A stretch of 64,000 bases of DNA from an uncultured bacterium (GTDB taxonomy: Bacteria; Omnitrophota; Omnitrophia; Omnitrophales; Aquincolibacteriaceae): positions 108,743 through 172,742 of the forward strand of contig CAYLPP010000004.1 in the NCBI GenBank assembly GCA_964385615.1, given 5' to 3'. Position numbers and translations under genes: made by a program. A model generated the notes under the pieces. It had not been told where the DNA came from and made no database searches. It saw only the letters and a program-made list of their open reading frames with translations. Below, piece after piece: positions 9,610 to 19,432 of this stretch. Numbering within the stretch: position 1 is the first letter of the stretch; every line of letters starts with the position of its first letter.

Positions 9610-12078
9610 ATGTTTGACCGTTTTACTGAAAGAGCCCGTAAAGTCATTATTCTTGCCAAGGAAGAAGCGAAGCGTTTTAATCACGATTACATCGGAACCG
9701 AACACATCCTGCTTGGTTTGATCAAAGAAGGCGAAAGTGTGGCTGCCGCGGTTCTTCAGAACCTTGGCCTTTCTCTGGATACGATCCGGCTTGAAGTTGA
9801 AAAGCTGGTTCAGTTCGGCCCCAGCACGATTGTTTCGGGGGATATTCCGTTTACGCCCAAAGCCAAGAAAGTCATTGAGCTGGCGATGGATGAAGCCCGC
9901 CGTCTCGGCCACAATTATATCGGCACGGAGCACTTGCTTCTCGGTCTCATTAAAGAAGGCGAAGGCGTCGCCAGTCATGTGCTGATGAATGTTGGGCTGG
10001 ATTTGAATAAAGTCCGCGCGGAAGTGATCAAGCTGTTGGGTTCTTCTACGCCCGGCAGCGGTCAGAATCCGGGTTCTGGAACTCCATCGCAGGGAGGATC
10101 CGGCGGGACCACCGCGAAAGGTAAAACGAAAACGCCCGCGCTTGACGCATTCGGCCGTGATCTTTCCCAGCTGGCACGGGAAGGCAAGCTGGATCCTGTC
10201 GTCGACCGTGAAACTGAAATTGAACGTGTGATTCAGATTCTCGCGCGCCGCACCAAAAATAACCCCGTGCTTCTTGGGGAAGCCGGTGTCGGTAAAACCG
10301 CGATTGTTGAAGGTCTTGCTCAGCGGATTATCTCAGGAGATGTTCCTGAGATTCTGGCGGAAAAAAGGATCGTGGTTCTTGATCTCGCGCTTATGGTCGC
10401 GGGTACCAAGTACCGCGGTCAGTTTGAAGAGCGTATCAAGGCGGTCATGGATGAAATCCGCCGTTCCGACAATATCGTAATTTTTATTGATGAATTGCAC
10501 ACTTTGGTCGGCGCCGGCGGAGCGGAAGGCGCGATTGACGCCTCCAATATACTGAAGCCCGCGCTGTCACGCGGTGAAATTCAGTGCATTGGCGCGACCA
10601 CGCTTGATGAATACCGCAAATATATCGAAAAAGACGCGGCCCTTGCCCGCCGTTTCCAGACCATCATGGTTGATCCGCCTTCGGCTGATCAGGCCATTCA
10701 GATTCTCAAAGGCCTTCGGGACAAGTACGAAGCCCATCATCGCGTCAAGATTCTTGATGAAGCGATTGAAGCGGCCGCGAAACTTTCAGACCGCTATATT
10801 ACGGGCCGGTTCCTGCCGGATAAGGCCATTGACTTGATTGACGAAGCGGCATCGCGCGCGCGTCTTTCAATGACGACTCTTCCCAAAGACTTGAAGAAGC
10901 TGGAAGGCGACATTGAAAGTTTCAAACGTGAGAAGGAAGCCGCGATCAAGGCCCAAGACTTCGAAAAAGCGGCGAAACTCCGCGATGACGAACGCAAAGC
11001 CAAGGAAGAGCTTTCCAGAATGAAGAAGAACTGGAAAGAGTCCAAGTCTGAGGTTGAAGTCCAGGTTACGGCCGAAGATATCGCGCACATTGTTTCCAAG
11101 TGGACCGGCGTTCCGCTGGCCCGGCTTGAAGAAAAAGAAACCGCGCGTCTGCTTCGCATGGAAGATGAGCTTCACAAACGCGTGATTGGCCAGGACGAAG
11201 CGATTCGCGCGATTTCGCACGCGGTGCGCCGTTCACGTTCCGGTCTGCGCAATCCGCGCCGTCCGATCGGCACTTTCATCTTTTTGGGTCCGACCGGCGT
11301 CGGTAAAACACTTCTGGCCCGCTCGCTCGCGGAATTTATGTTCGGGGATGCCGACGCGATGACGGTGATTGACTGCTCTGAATACGGCGAGAAATTTAAC
11401 GTTTCGCGGCTGGTCGGAGCTCCTCCGGGCTATGTGGGTTATGAGGAAGGTGGACAGTTGACTGAAAAAGTCCGCCGCCGGCCTTACACCGTGGTGCTTT
11501 TTGACGAAATTGAAAAAGCGCACCCCGATGTTTTTAATATCCTGCTCCAGCTTATGGAAGAAGGCCGTCTGACGGACTCTTTCGGCCGTAAGGTGGATTT
11601 CCGCAATACCATCGTGATTATGACCTCAAACGTAGGCGCCAACCTTGTCACCAAACAGGGCGACATGGGTTTCAAAAAGCAGTCCGACGAAATGACGTTT
11701 GAAGGTTTAAAACGCAAACTCCTGGAAGAAACTAAACGGTTTTTCCGGCCGGAGTTTTTGAACCGCGTGGACGACATCATTGTATTCCACCCGTTAACCC
11801 GTCAGGATCTGGATCAGGTCATTGAATTTGAACTTAAAGAAGTCAAAGACCGGCTCAAGGAAAAGAAAATTGAGCTGGTGCTTTCACCAGAAGCGGTGAA
11901 ATATCTGATTGATAAGGGGTATGATCCGGTTTTCGGCGCGCGCCCGCTTCGCAGAACTGTACAGCGGTACATTGAAAATATTCTCGCGGAAGAAATCCTG
12001 GGCGGAAAATTCCAGGAAGGCGACAAGATTCAGGCCTTGCTCCGCGGCGAAACCATTCAGTTTGAAAAGATATCCTGA
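9610..12078 (+). CDS. clpC: ATP-dependent Clp protease ATP-binding subunit ClpC (class I AAA+ with two Clp_N repeats)
   Basis: Duplicated Clp_N repeats (TEHILLGL / TEHLLLGL), two AAA modules ([17 protein letters not shown]) and an internal UVR-like coiled coil. Confidence 0.9.
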   Translation: MFDRFTERARKVIILAKEEAKRFNHDYIGTEHILLGLIKEGESVAAAVLQNLGLSLDTIRLEVEKLVQFGPSTIVSGDIPFTPKAKKVIELAMDEARRLGHNYIGTEHLLLGLIKEGEGVASHVLMNVGLDLNKVRAEVIKLLGSSTPGSGQNPGSGTPSQGGSGGTTAKGKTKTPALDAFGRDLSQLAREGKLDPVVDRETEIERVIQILARRTKNNPVLLGEAGVGKTAIVEGLAQRIISGDVPEILAEKRIVVLDLALMVAGTKYRGQFEERIKAVMDEIRRSDNIVIFIDELHTLVGAGGAEGAIDASNILKPALSRGEIQCIGATTLDEYRKYIEKDAALARRFQTIMVDPPSADQAIQILKGLRDKYEAHHRVKILDEAIEAAAKLSDRYITGRFLPDKAIDLIDEAASRARLSMTTLPKDLKKLEGDIESFKREKEAAIKAQDFEKAAKLRDDERKAKEELSRMKKNWKESKSEVEVQVTAEDIAHIVSKWTGVPLARLEEKETARLLRMEDELHKRVIGQDEAIRAISHAVRRSRSGLRNPRRPIGTFIFLGPTGVGKTLLARSLAEFMFGDADAMTVIDCSEYGEKFNVSRLVGAPPGYVGYEEGGQLTEKVRRRPYTVVLFDEIEKAHPDVFNILLQLMEEGRLTDSFGRKVDFRNTIVIMTSNVGANLVTKQGDMGFKKQSDEMTFEGLKRKLLEETKRFFRPEFLNRVDDIIVFHPLTRQDLDQVIEFELKEVKDRLKEKKIELVLSPEAVKYLIDKGYDPVFGARPLRRTVQRYIENILAEEILGGKFQEGDKIQALLRGETIQFEKIS

Positions 12079-12089
12079 GGCGGCAGCCT

Positions 12090-12914
12090 GTGGAAAAGGC
12101 CCTACATAAAGTTCAGTCGCTGAGGCGCATGGTTTCTCTGCACGGCTGGCTCCAGCGCGTGGGCGAGAAGTCGATCGAGCTTTGCTACAATTCCGGCGGA
12201 GTTTCCTTCCTTTTGATCGACACGCTGAGAGCGCTGTTTAAAACCAAACTGCGCTGGAAAGCGACTCTTGATCAGATGGTCAAGATTGGCGTTCAGTCGC
12301 TTTCTCTGGTTTCCATGACCGCGCTTTTTACCGGCATGGTGCTTTCCCTTCAGTCAGCCTATCAGCTTAAACTTTTCGCGGCAACGCAGTTTACGGCGGA
12401 TCTCGTGGCTCTCTCGATCGCGCGCGAACTGGGCCCCGTGCTTACAGCTATGGTGGTTGCGGGCCGGGTTGGCGCTTCCATTGCCGCGGAGCTTGGAACC
12501 ATGAAAGTCACGGAACAGATTGACGCGATGCGCGCTCTTGCCGTCGACCCGGTGCGGTATCTTGTGGTGCCCCGCTTTGTCGCGGCCATTCTCATGCTTT
12601 TTGTTTTGACGATTTACGCGGACTGGATCGGTATGCTGGGCGGTTATTTGATCGCGGTCTTCAAGCTCGACATGAGCTCTCATATGTATCTCAAGCGCAG
12701 TATCAAAGCCATGATTCCGAAGGACGTCTGGACCGGGTTGATCAAAGCTTTCTTTTTCGGCGGAATTATTTCAATCGTTGGTTGTTACTTTGGGTTTAAA
12801 GCCAAGAACGGCGCGGAAGGCGTAGGCCGGGCAACAACGCTCGCGGTCGTGGCGGCGCTGGTTCTGACGATTGCCTCCGACGCGATTTTCACGGCGATCT
12901 TTTACTTCTTTTGA
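12090..12914 (+). CDS. mlaE: MlaE-type ABC transporter permease (phospholipid transport, YrbE family)
   Basis: 274-aa multi-TM protein with a conserved MlaE-like core (..ARELGPVLTAMVVAGRVG..EQIDAMR..). Confidence 0.8.
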   Translation: MEKALHKVQSLRRMVSLHGWLQRVGEKSIELCYNSGGVSFLLIDTLRALFKTKLRWKATLDQMVKIGVQSLSLVSMTALFTGMVLSLQSAYQLKLFAATQFTADLVALSIARELGPVLTAMVVAGRVGASIAAELGTMKVTEQIDAMRALAVDPVRYLVVPRFVAAILMLFVLTIYADWIGMLGGYLIAVFKLDMSSHMYLKRSIKAMIPKDVWTGLIKAFFFGGIISIVGCYFGFKAKNGAEGVGRATTLAVVAALVLTIASDAIFTAIFYFF

Positions 12915-12948
12915 TCTGGAGTTACCTTGAAGTGTTTGGATTGAACTT

Positions 12949-13701
12949 ATGATTGAAATCAAAGATCTTCATAAATCTTTCGGGGACCAAGCCGTTCTCA
13001 AAGGCGTTAACCTGACCGTTCAGGAAGGGGAGACGCTTGTGATCATCGGCCGTTCCGGCTGTGGGAAAAGCGTTCTTTTAAAGCATATTATGGCGCTTAA
13101 CGAACCTGATTCAGGGAGCATCCTGATTGACGGGAAGGACCTCTTTTCATTATCATCCGCTGAACAGGATGAACTGAGACTGCGGATCGGGATGGTGTTT
13201 CAGGGCGCGGCGCTCTTTGATTCACTCGATGTTCAGGAAAACGTCGGGTATTCACTTTATGAGCACACCAAATTGCCGGAAGAGAAAATCGCGGCAACTG
13301 TGGGCGAAAAACTGAACATGGTAGGGTTGGCCGGAATTGAATCGGTCATGCCCGCGGATCTTTCAGGCGGGATGAAAAAGCGCGTGGGCCTGGCACGGGC
13401 TATCTGTAACGATCCTAAAATTGTCCTTTATGATGAACCGACGACTGGGTTGGATCCGATCAACTCAGACGTCATTAACGATTTGATCCTGCGGATGCAG
13501 GAAAAACTGAAGGTCACGTCGATCGTCGTCACGCACGATATGACCAGCGCCTACAAAGTCGGCAATCGCATCGCGATGCTTTATCAGGGCAAAATTATCG
13601 GGACCGGAACACCGGATGAGATCCGGAACACGACGGACCCTGTTATCAGGCAGTTCATTACCGGTTCCGCCAAGGGGCCCATCACGGAAGGGAAAAGTTA
13701 A
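12949..13701 (+). CDS. mlaF: MlaF-type ABC transporter ATP-binding protein
   Basis: Walker A GRSGCGKS, signature LSGGMKKR and Walker B LYDEPT. Confidence 0.85.
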   Translation: MIEIKDLHKSFGDQAVLKGVNLTVQEGETLVIIGRSGCGKSVLLKHIMALNEPDSGSILIDGKDLFSLSSAEQDELRLRIGMVFQGAALFDSLDVQENVGYSLYEHTKLPEEKIAATVGEKLNMVGLAGIESVMPADLSGGMKKRVGLARAICNDPKIVLYDEPTTGLDPINSDVINDLILRMQEKLKVTSIVVTHDMTSAYKVGNRIAMLYQGKIIGTGTPDEIRNTTDPVIRQFITGSAKGPITEGKS

Positions 13702-14469
13702 ATGAAGAAAGACCGGAACGAAGTTACCGTCGGCGCTTTTGTGATTATTGGAACCATTCTTCTCTCGCTGATGATTTTCTTTATCAGCGGAGTTTACCTT
13801 TTCCGTTCCGGAAAATACATCAACGTTCTTTATGATTATGTGGATATTCTCGACAAGGGCGCTCCGGTGCGCATGGCGGGTGTGCGTGTCGGCGAGGTCA
13901 ATCAAATCGGTCTTTATTTTGATACCAAAAGCCAGAAAAACCGCGTCCGCGTAAAGCTGTTTATCGAATCCGCGACGGATATCCGCGAGAACGCTCAATT
14001 TTTTATCCGCGGCACCCATATTTTAAGTGAACCTCATATTGAAATTACCCCTCAGCCCGGCGATTTCCCCGCGATTAAAGAGGGGGCTGAAATTGAAGGC
14101 GTGATGCTTGAGCCGATTGAAAGCCTGATTGAACGCGCTCAGAATATTGCCAAGAACCTGGATGAGATGATTGCCGGTCTTCACGATGCCCTCGGCGGTG
14201 AGGAAAACTCCAAGGCTCTTCGGGATTTGATTAAGAACCTGACGAAACTGAGCGCCTCTCTGCAGGAAGCCGCGGATAAGGGCGATCTGCCTCAAACGAT
14301 GGAAAACATCAAAGTTTCCTCCGAAGCGATACGCGGTATCCTGGATAATATGCAAAAGGGCCAGGGTACGGTCGGGGGATTGCTGGTCAAGGATGAGATT
14401 TACACGGACATGAAAGAACTTATGTCTGACGTAAAGCGTCATCCCTGGAAGCTGTTTAAGAAGAGCTAG
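13702..14469 (+). CDS. mlaD: MlaD-type MCE-domain substrate-binding protein
   Basis: N-terminal TM anchor followed by an MCE-like domain (GAPVRMAGVRVGEV). It follows mlaE and mlaF directly. Confidence 0.7.
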   Translation: MKKDRNEVTVGAFVIIGTILLSLMIFFISGVYLFRSGKYINVLYDYVDILDKGAPVRMAGVRVGEVNQIGLYFDTKSQKNRVRVKLFIESATDIRENAQFFIRGTHILSEPHIEITPQPGDFPAIKEGAEIEGVMLEPIESLIERAQNIAKNLDEMIAGLHDALGGEENSKALRDLIKNLTKLSASLQEAADKGDLPQTMENIKVSSEAIRGILDNMQKGQGTVGGLLVKDEIYTDMKELMSDVKRHPWKLFKKS

Positions 14470-14552
14470 TATGGAAACATTATTTTCATTTCAATTAATA
14501 GATAATTTTATGAGCGCTTCAAGCAGGATCAATACTACTAAGGAGTCTTTTC

Positions 14553-15644
14553 ATGATTCTATTCATCCGGATTCTTTTTATTCTGGGCTGTACGGTCTTC
14601 GGCTACCTCACGGAACTTCCCTGGGTTTCTTCTCTGAACCTGGCCCATTCGGCCATGGTGGGCGGGGCGATCGGCTTTCTTGTCGGCACGCTGGTTCTAT
14701 CGCTCGACATTTTCTTTAAGCAATACACCGTCCGTAATATTCTCGCGGTTCTGATCGGTTTCGCGCTTGGTCTGGCCATTCACAAGTTGTTCATGATGGT
14801 GATTTCCTACGCGCATTTCCCCGAAGAAGATGTCAGCCAGTTTGCCGTTGCCAGTGCCATCATCTTCTCTTACCTGGGGGTGATTACCATTCTACGCGGG
14901 CAGGACGAGTTCACCATGATGATCCCTTTTGTCACCCTCGACACCAAGGGAAGCACGGAAGAGCCGATCGTGCTGGATACCAGCGTGATCATTGACGGCC
15001 GTATCTCGGATATCGTCAAAACCAACTTCATGTCCAACAAGTTTGTGCTTCCTCGTTTTGTGCTCAAAGAGCTCCAGCTGATCGCTGATTCATCCGACCC
15101 GCTTAAGCGCAACCGCGGCCGCCGGGGGCTGGACGTTCTGAACAAGATCAAGCAGATTCCCGACATCAACGTAAAAATCAGTGAAATGGATTTCCCGGAA
15201 TTCAATACCGTGGATGCCAAACTGGTGCGCATGGGGCAGGTCATGAACGCCAAGGTTTTCACCAACGATTACAACCTGAACAAGGTGGCTGAGCTTCAAG
15301 GGGTGAAGGTGCTCAATATTAATGAACTCGCGAACGCGCTGAAGCCGATCGTGATGCCCGGTGAAATGATGCAGGTTAAAATCCTGAAAGAGGGCAAGGA
15401 GCACGATCAGGGGGTTGCTTACCTTGATGACGGCACCATGGTGGTGGTCGATAACAGCCGCCGCCGGATCGGCCAGACCTTAAGTGTCACAATTACCAGC
15501 GTCCTCCAGACTCAGGCGGGCCGGATGATTTTCGCCAAGATGAGCGATGAAGCCGGTTCCGGCGGAGGTCCGGACCGCGCGCCTGAACGATTCCGCAATC
15601 AGGACCGCAAGCCCCAGGGTTCAGGCGGGAATCAGCCCCGGTAA
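14553..15644 (+). CDS. PIN and TRAM domain membrane protein (YacL-like)
   Basis: N-terminal TM helices, a PIN signature (IVLDTSVIIDGRI) and a C-terminal TRAM-like beta-barrel (QTLSVTITSV..). A strong SD (AAGGAG) precedes the ATG. A gene of this type sits upstream of ispD in Bacillus. Confidence 0.7.
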   Translation: MILFIRILFILGCTVFGYLTELPWVSSLNLAHSAMVGGAIGFLVGTLVLSLDIFFKQYTVRNILAVLIGFALGLAIHKLFMMVISYAHFPEEDVSQFAVASAIIFSYLGVITILRGQDEFTMMIPFVTLDTKGSTEEPIVLDTSVIIDGRISDIVKTNFMSNKFVLPRFVLKELQLIADSSDPLKRNRGRRGLDVLNKIKQIPDINVKISEMDFPEFNTVDAKLVRMGQVMNAKVFTNDYNLNKVAELQGVKVLNINELANALKPIVMPGEMMQVKILKEGKEHDQGVAYLDDGTMVVVDNSRRRIGQTLSVTITSVLQTQAGRMIFAKMSDEAGSGGGPDRAPERFRNQDRKPQGSGGNQPR

Positions 15645-15647
15645 TCC

Positions 15648-16835
15648 ATGCAGGCAAGTCTGATCGTAGCCGCGGGCGGTTCCAGCAGCCGTTTCCGCAA
15701 AAGTATGGCAGGCGTGAAACCGGGCTCTTCAAAACCGGAAGCTTCCAAACTTTTTCTCCCGCTGGCCGGCAAACCGGTTCTGATTCGTTCGATCGAAGCC
15801 TTCCAGAAGATTTCCCAGATTAAGGAAACCGTTGTTACCGTGCCGGGCGGGCAGGAGAAATTTGTTTCCAGCCTGATTCGGGAACATGGCCTGAAAAAAG
15901 TTAAGGTCGTTCGCGGAGGAAATTCCCGCGCGCAGTCTGTCTGGAACGGCATTCGCGCGTCCGGTAAGAATATTCCCTGGATTATGGTCCATGACGGCGC
16001 CCGCCCGCTGGTGACCCGGAAATCCATCGAGCAGATGCTCAAAGCTTCGCAAGGCGCGGACGGCGTGCTTCTCGCGCGCAAAGTCGTGCCGACGATTAAA
16101 GAAGCGGGAGCGGACGGGCGGATTCTCCGCACGGTCGACCGCAGCAATCTTTACGAGGCCGAAACGCCTCAGCTGGTCCGCCGTAAGGTGCTTGAAACGG
16201 CGTACAAACAGCCGGACGCGTTTAAATTTACTGACGAAGCTTCGCTTGCTGAAAGCGTGAATGCCAAAGTCAAAGTGGTCGTGCATGACGGGTGGAATCC
16301 CAAGATTACGACCGTGCATGATTACAAACTTGCGGAGCATTACCTGACCGGTGAAGGTTCCGTGCGCACCGGTTTTGGGCGAGACATTCACAAATTGGTT
16401 GAGGGCCGGAAAATGATTCTGGGCGGAGTGCATATACCGTTTGAAAAAGGTCCGCTGGGCCATTCCGACGGTGACGCGCTTCTGCACGCGATTACGGACG
16501 CCATCCTGGGCGGAATGGGCGCGGGAGATATCGGGGAATGGTTTTCAGACCGTGACCCGAAGCATAAAAATATTTCCAGCTCCAAAATTCTTGAAACGAT
16601 TATGAAAGAAGCTTCCGCCAAAGGTTTTGAAATGCGTCACGTGGATACCGTGATTGTGCTGGAAAAGCCCCGGCTCAGCCCTTATAAAGAGACTATCAAG
16701 AAGTCGATTGCCAAACTTTTGAAACTTCCGCTTGAGAATGTTTCAGTCAAAGCCAAGACCGCCGAAGGTTTCGGGCCTGAAGGCCAGGGGCTGGCGGTCA
16801 GCTGTGAAGCCATGGTTACCATGAGGAAAATATGA
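15648..16835 (+). CDS. ispDF: Bifunctional 2-C-methyl-D-erythritol 4-phosphate cytidylyltransferase / 2-C-methyl-D-erythritol 2,4-cyclodiphosphate synthase
   Basis: IspD N-terminal motif IVAAGGSSSRF, and the IspF C-terminal half TGFGRDIHKL..GHSDGDALLHA. Confidence 0.9.
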   Translation: MQASLIVAAGGSSSRFRKSMAGVKPGSSKPEASKLFLPLAGKPVLIRSIEAFQKISQIKETVVTVPGGQEKFVSSLIREHGLKKVKVVRGGNSRAQSVWNGIRASGKNIPWIMVHDGARPLVTRKSIEQMLKASQGADGVLLARKVVPTIKEAGADGRILRTVDRSNLYEAETPQLVRRKVLETAYKQPDAFKFTDEASLAESVNAKVKVVVHDGWNPKITTVHDYKLAEHYLTGEGSVRTGFGRDIHKLVEGRKMILGGVHIPFEKGPLGHSDGDALLHAITDAILGGMGAGDIGEWFSDRDPKHKNISSSKILETIMKEASAKGFEMRHVDTVIVLEKPRLSPYKETIKKSIAKLLKLPLENVSVKAKTAEGFGPEGQGLAVSCEAMVTMRKI

Positions 16836-18253
16836 TTCGAGTCCGTTTCGCTCCGTCGCCGACGGGTTACATTCATTTAGGCAACGTCCGCACCGCGCTG
16901 TTTAATTATCTTTTTGCCAAACGCAACGGCGGAAAATTTATTCTGCGCGTCGAAGACACCGATCTGGAGCGTTCCAAGCCTGAGTACCGCGCCGGTTTGG
17001 TGGAAGACCTCCGATGGATGGGAATTCTGTGGGATGAGGGGCCGGAAGCGGGCGGGCAGGTTGGACCTTATCTTCAGTCGGAACGCCTCGATATTTACAA
17101 AAAATACGTTCAGCAGATGCTCGACAAGGGGCAGGCGTACTACTGCTATGTGACCGAAGAAGAAACTGAAGAATCCAAGCGCCTGGCCCGTCTTGAAAAG
17201 CGTCCGCCCCGTTTTGATAACCGGGGCCGTTTCTTCACGAAAGAAGAAATCGAAGCGCGCAAAGCCAAAGGCATCAAGCCGACAATCCGCTTCAAAGTTG
17301 AAAACCCAAAAGTTACCATGACCGATATGGTGCGAGGGGAAGTGCATTTCAATCTCGACGACATGGTCGGCGATTTCGTGATCGTGCGCGCTGACGGCAA
17401 CCCGACTTTTCATCTGGCGGTTTGCGTGGATGACGGCCTCATGGGCGTCACGCACGTGATCCGCGGGGAAGACCACCTTTCTAACACCCCCAAACATATT
17501 CTTCTGCTTGAAGCGATGGGGTTTAAGCCTCCGACTTACGGGCATCTTTCTCTGATTTTTGGGCCCGGCGGGGAACCGCTTTCCAAGCGCCTCGGCGACG
17601 TTTCAGTGCGTGAATTCCGCAAAAAAGGTTATCTGCCTGAAGGCCTTTGCAACTATATCGCGATGCTCGGCTGGTCGCCCGGCGACAACAAAGAAATTTT
17701 CACCTGGCAGGAACTCCAGCAGGTTTTCAGCATGGAGCGTGTCAATAAATCCTCTTCGATTTATGACCCGCACAAACTCGATTGGGTTAACGGCGAGCAT
17801 CTGCGCGCGCTCAAGGTGGAGGATTTTACGGCTAAGGCTTTTAAGTGGCTGAAAGATAACGGCCAGATTCACCATGATGAAAATCTGGTGAAGGCCATTC
17901 TTCCGGTTTTTCACGACAATATTGAACGCTTCGATCAGCTTCCCGAAAAACTGGCGATCCTCAACGACGATCTTCATTATGAAGCCAAAGATCAGCTTCA
18001 GTCAGAAGACGGCAAGGAAATCTGCCGTGTCGCGCTGGAAATCCTGCCGTCCGTCACGGGCGAGGGCGAGGCCATGTACGAAAATTTCGTGAACCAGCTG
18101 AAACCGAAGGTGAAAGCCAAGGGGAAACATTTATTCATGCCATTGCGCATCGCCTTGACTGGCAAAGCCCACGGCCCCGAACTCAAGCGCATCTTCCCTG
18201 TGCTGGGCATCGCCAAAGTCAAAACCCGCTTCGAGAAAGCGTTATCAGCCTGA
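16832..18253 (+). CDS. gltX: Glutamate--tRNA ligase
   Basis: FAPSPTGYIHLGNVRTALFNY (HIGH region) and a KMSK-type LSKR motif. Confidence 0.9.
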   Translation: MIRVRFAPSPTGYIHLGNVRTALFNYLFAKRNGGKFILRVEDTDLERSKPEYRAGLVEDLRWMGILWDEGPEAGGQVGPYLQSERLDIYKKYVQQMLDKGQAYYCYVTEEETEESKRLARLEKRPPRFDNRGRFFTKEEIEARKAKGIKPTIRFKVENPKVTMTDMVRGEVHFNLDDMVGDFVIVRADGNPTFHLAVCVDDGLMGVTHVIRGEDHLSNTPKHILLLEAMGFKPPTYGHLSLIFGPGGEPLSKRLGDVSVREFRKKGYLPEGLCNYIAMLGWSPGDNKEIFTWQELQQVFSMERVNKSSSIYDPHKLDWVNGEHLRALKVEDFTAKAFKWLKDNGQIHHDENLVKAILPVFHDNIERFDQLPEKLAILNDDLHYEAKDQLQSEDGKEICRVALEILPSVTGEGEAMYENFVNQLKPKVKAKGKHLFMPLRIALTGKAHGPELKRIFPVLGIAKVKTRFEKALSA

Positions 18254-18259
18254 TTACTT

Positions 18260-19432
18260 ATGACTATTAGTATCCTTTTGTTAGACTGTTCTGATAATTT
18301 AGCGGATTTGTTAGAACGTCAAGGGTTTAATGTTTCAGTTGGATCTATGGGTTTCGGCGAAGCTACTAGATATTTACCAAATCCCTTATATGAAAACCAA
18401 ATAATAATTTACAATCCTAAAAAAATCATTTATTGGCAATCACAAATTACTGACGCAACTCCTGAGTATACTTTACAACCTTTAGCCGAGCATATAAAAC
18501 GCGGTGCGACAGTGCTCGCTTTTGTCAATCCCAGTGGTGTGGACAGTGACTTTGTAAAATTGCAAAATGCCTACGCATGGATTCCTGGCATACCAAACAT
18601 TTCTCCAACTAAAGACCATAAAGTTATTGCGGCGGGGGGATTGAGTAACGCTTGGGTTGAGGCCGAAGTGTATGCTCCGCTGATAGATGTGCACGAGTTA
18701 AAAATTCCAGTAGGGGCAAAGTTGAGTTTTCCAAACCTACCACGACCGTTAAGTCAAAATTACCCCGTAGTCAATTTTATTTTTAATATGAATAAAGAGC
18801 CGCTAGCGGGGCTTCGTAGGTTAGGTTTTGGTCAGGTAATAATTCTCCCCGAATATAAATCAAATGAAGATTTAATCAGTGCGTTTTTGCACCGAGTTAT
18901 GCCTAAGCTATATAAGCTTGATACAAAAACAAGTATTCGTGACGAATTTATCTCTCCGCCAGAAATTAAAGCTGATGAGGAGATCGAAAGTTTCCAAAAT
19001 CAAATAAAAGAAGCGGGGATGGCATTACAAAATGCCAAAGAAAAAAGAGAGGGATTAAGACGAGATAAAATCAAAGTGATAGATGGGGATCCGACTTGCT
19101 CTCAGTTTTTAAAGTATTATGATACTTCTCTGAATCAGCCAGACGTTGCGCTTTTCTTTCTATATAAAATTGTGGAAACGATCGAAGATGTTCTCGGTGG
19201 TGAAAGAGAAGCGAAGTCCAAACTGAATTGTGCTGGTGAATGGAATTTAATAAAGAAGCTGAGCAATGAAACGTATCGAGATATACGGCACGCTCCGAGA
19301 CCGGGAGAAAAAGCGAAGGAATGGACTCCGGATGAGATAAAAAAGTGCTTTGCTGCAATTGAAAAGATTATCGAGTCGTATTTTATGACGCTATTTGTGG
19401 AACCGCGAAAAGAAAATGATGCAATTCTTTAA
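18260..19432 (+). CDS. Hypothetical protein encoded by an AT-rich insert between gltX and cysS
   Basis: 390-aa ORF with no motif I recognise. The local GC is visibly lower (long A/T-rich stretches) than the roughly 50% GC flanks. Confidence 0.55.
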   Translation: MTISILLLDCSDNLADLLERQGFNVSVGSMGFGEATRYLPNPLYENQIIIYNPKKIIYWQSQITDATPEYTLQPLAEHIKRGATVLAFVNPSGVDSDFVKLQNAYAWIPGIPNISPTKDHKVIAAGGLSNAWVEAEVYAPLIDVHELKIPVGAKLSFPNLPRPLSQNYPVVNFIFNMNKEPLAGLRRLGFGQVIILPEYKSNEDLISAFLHRVMPKLYKLDTKTSIRDEFISPPEIKADEEIESFQNQIKEAGMALQNAKEKREGLRRDKIKVIDGDPTCSQFLKYYDTSLNQPDVALFFLYKIVETIEDVLGGEREAKSKLNCAGEWNLIKKLSNETYRDIRHAPRPGEKAKEWTPDEIKKCFAAIEKIIESYFMTLFVEPRKENDAIL

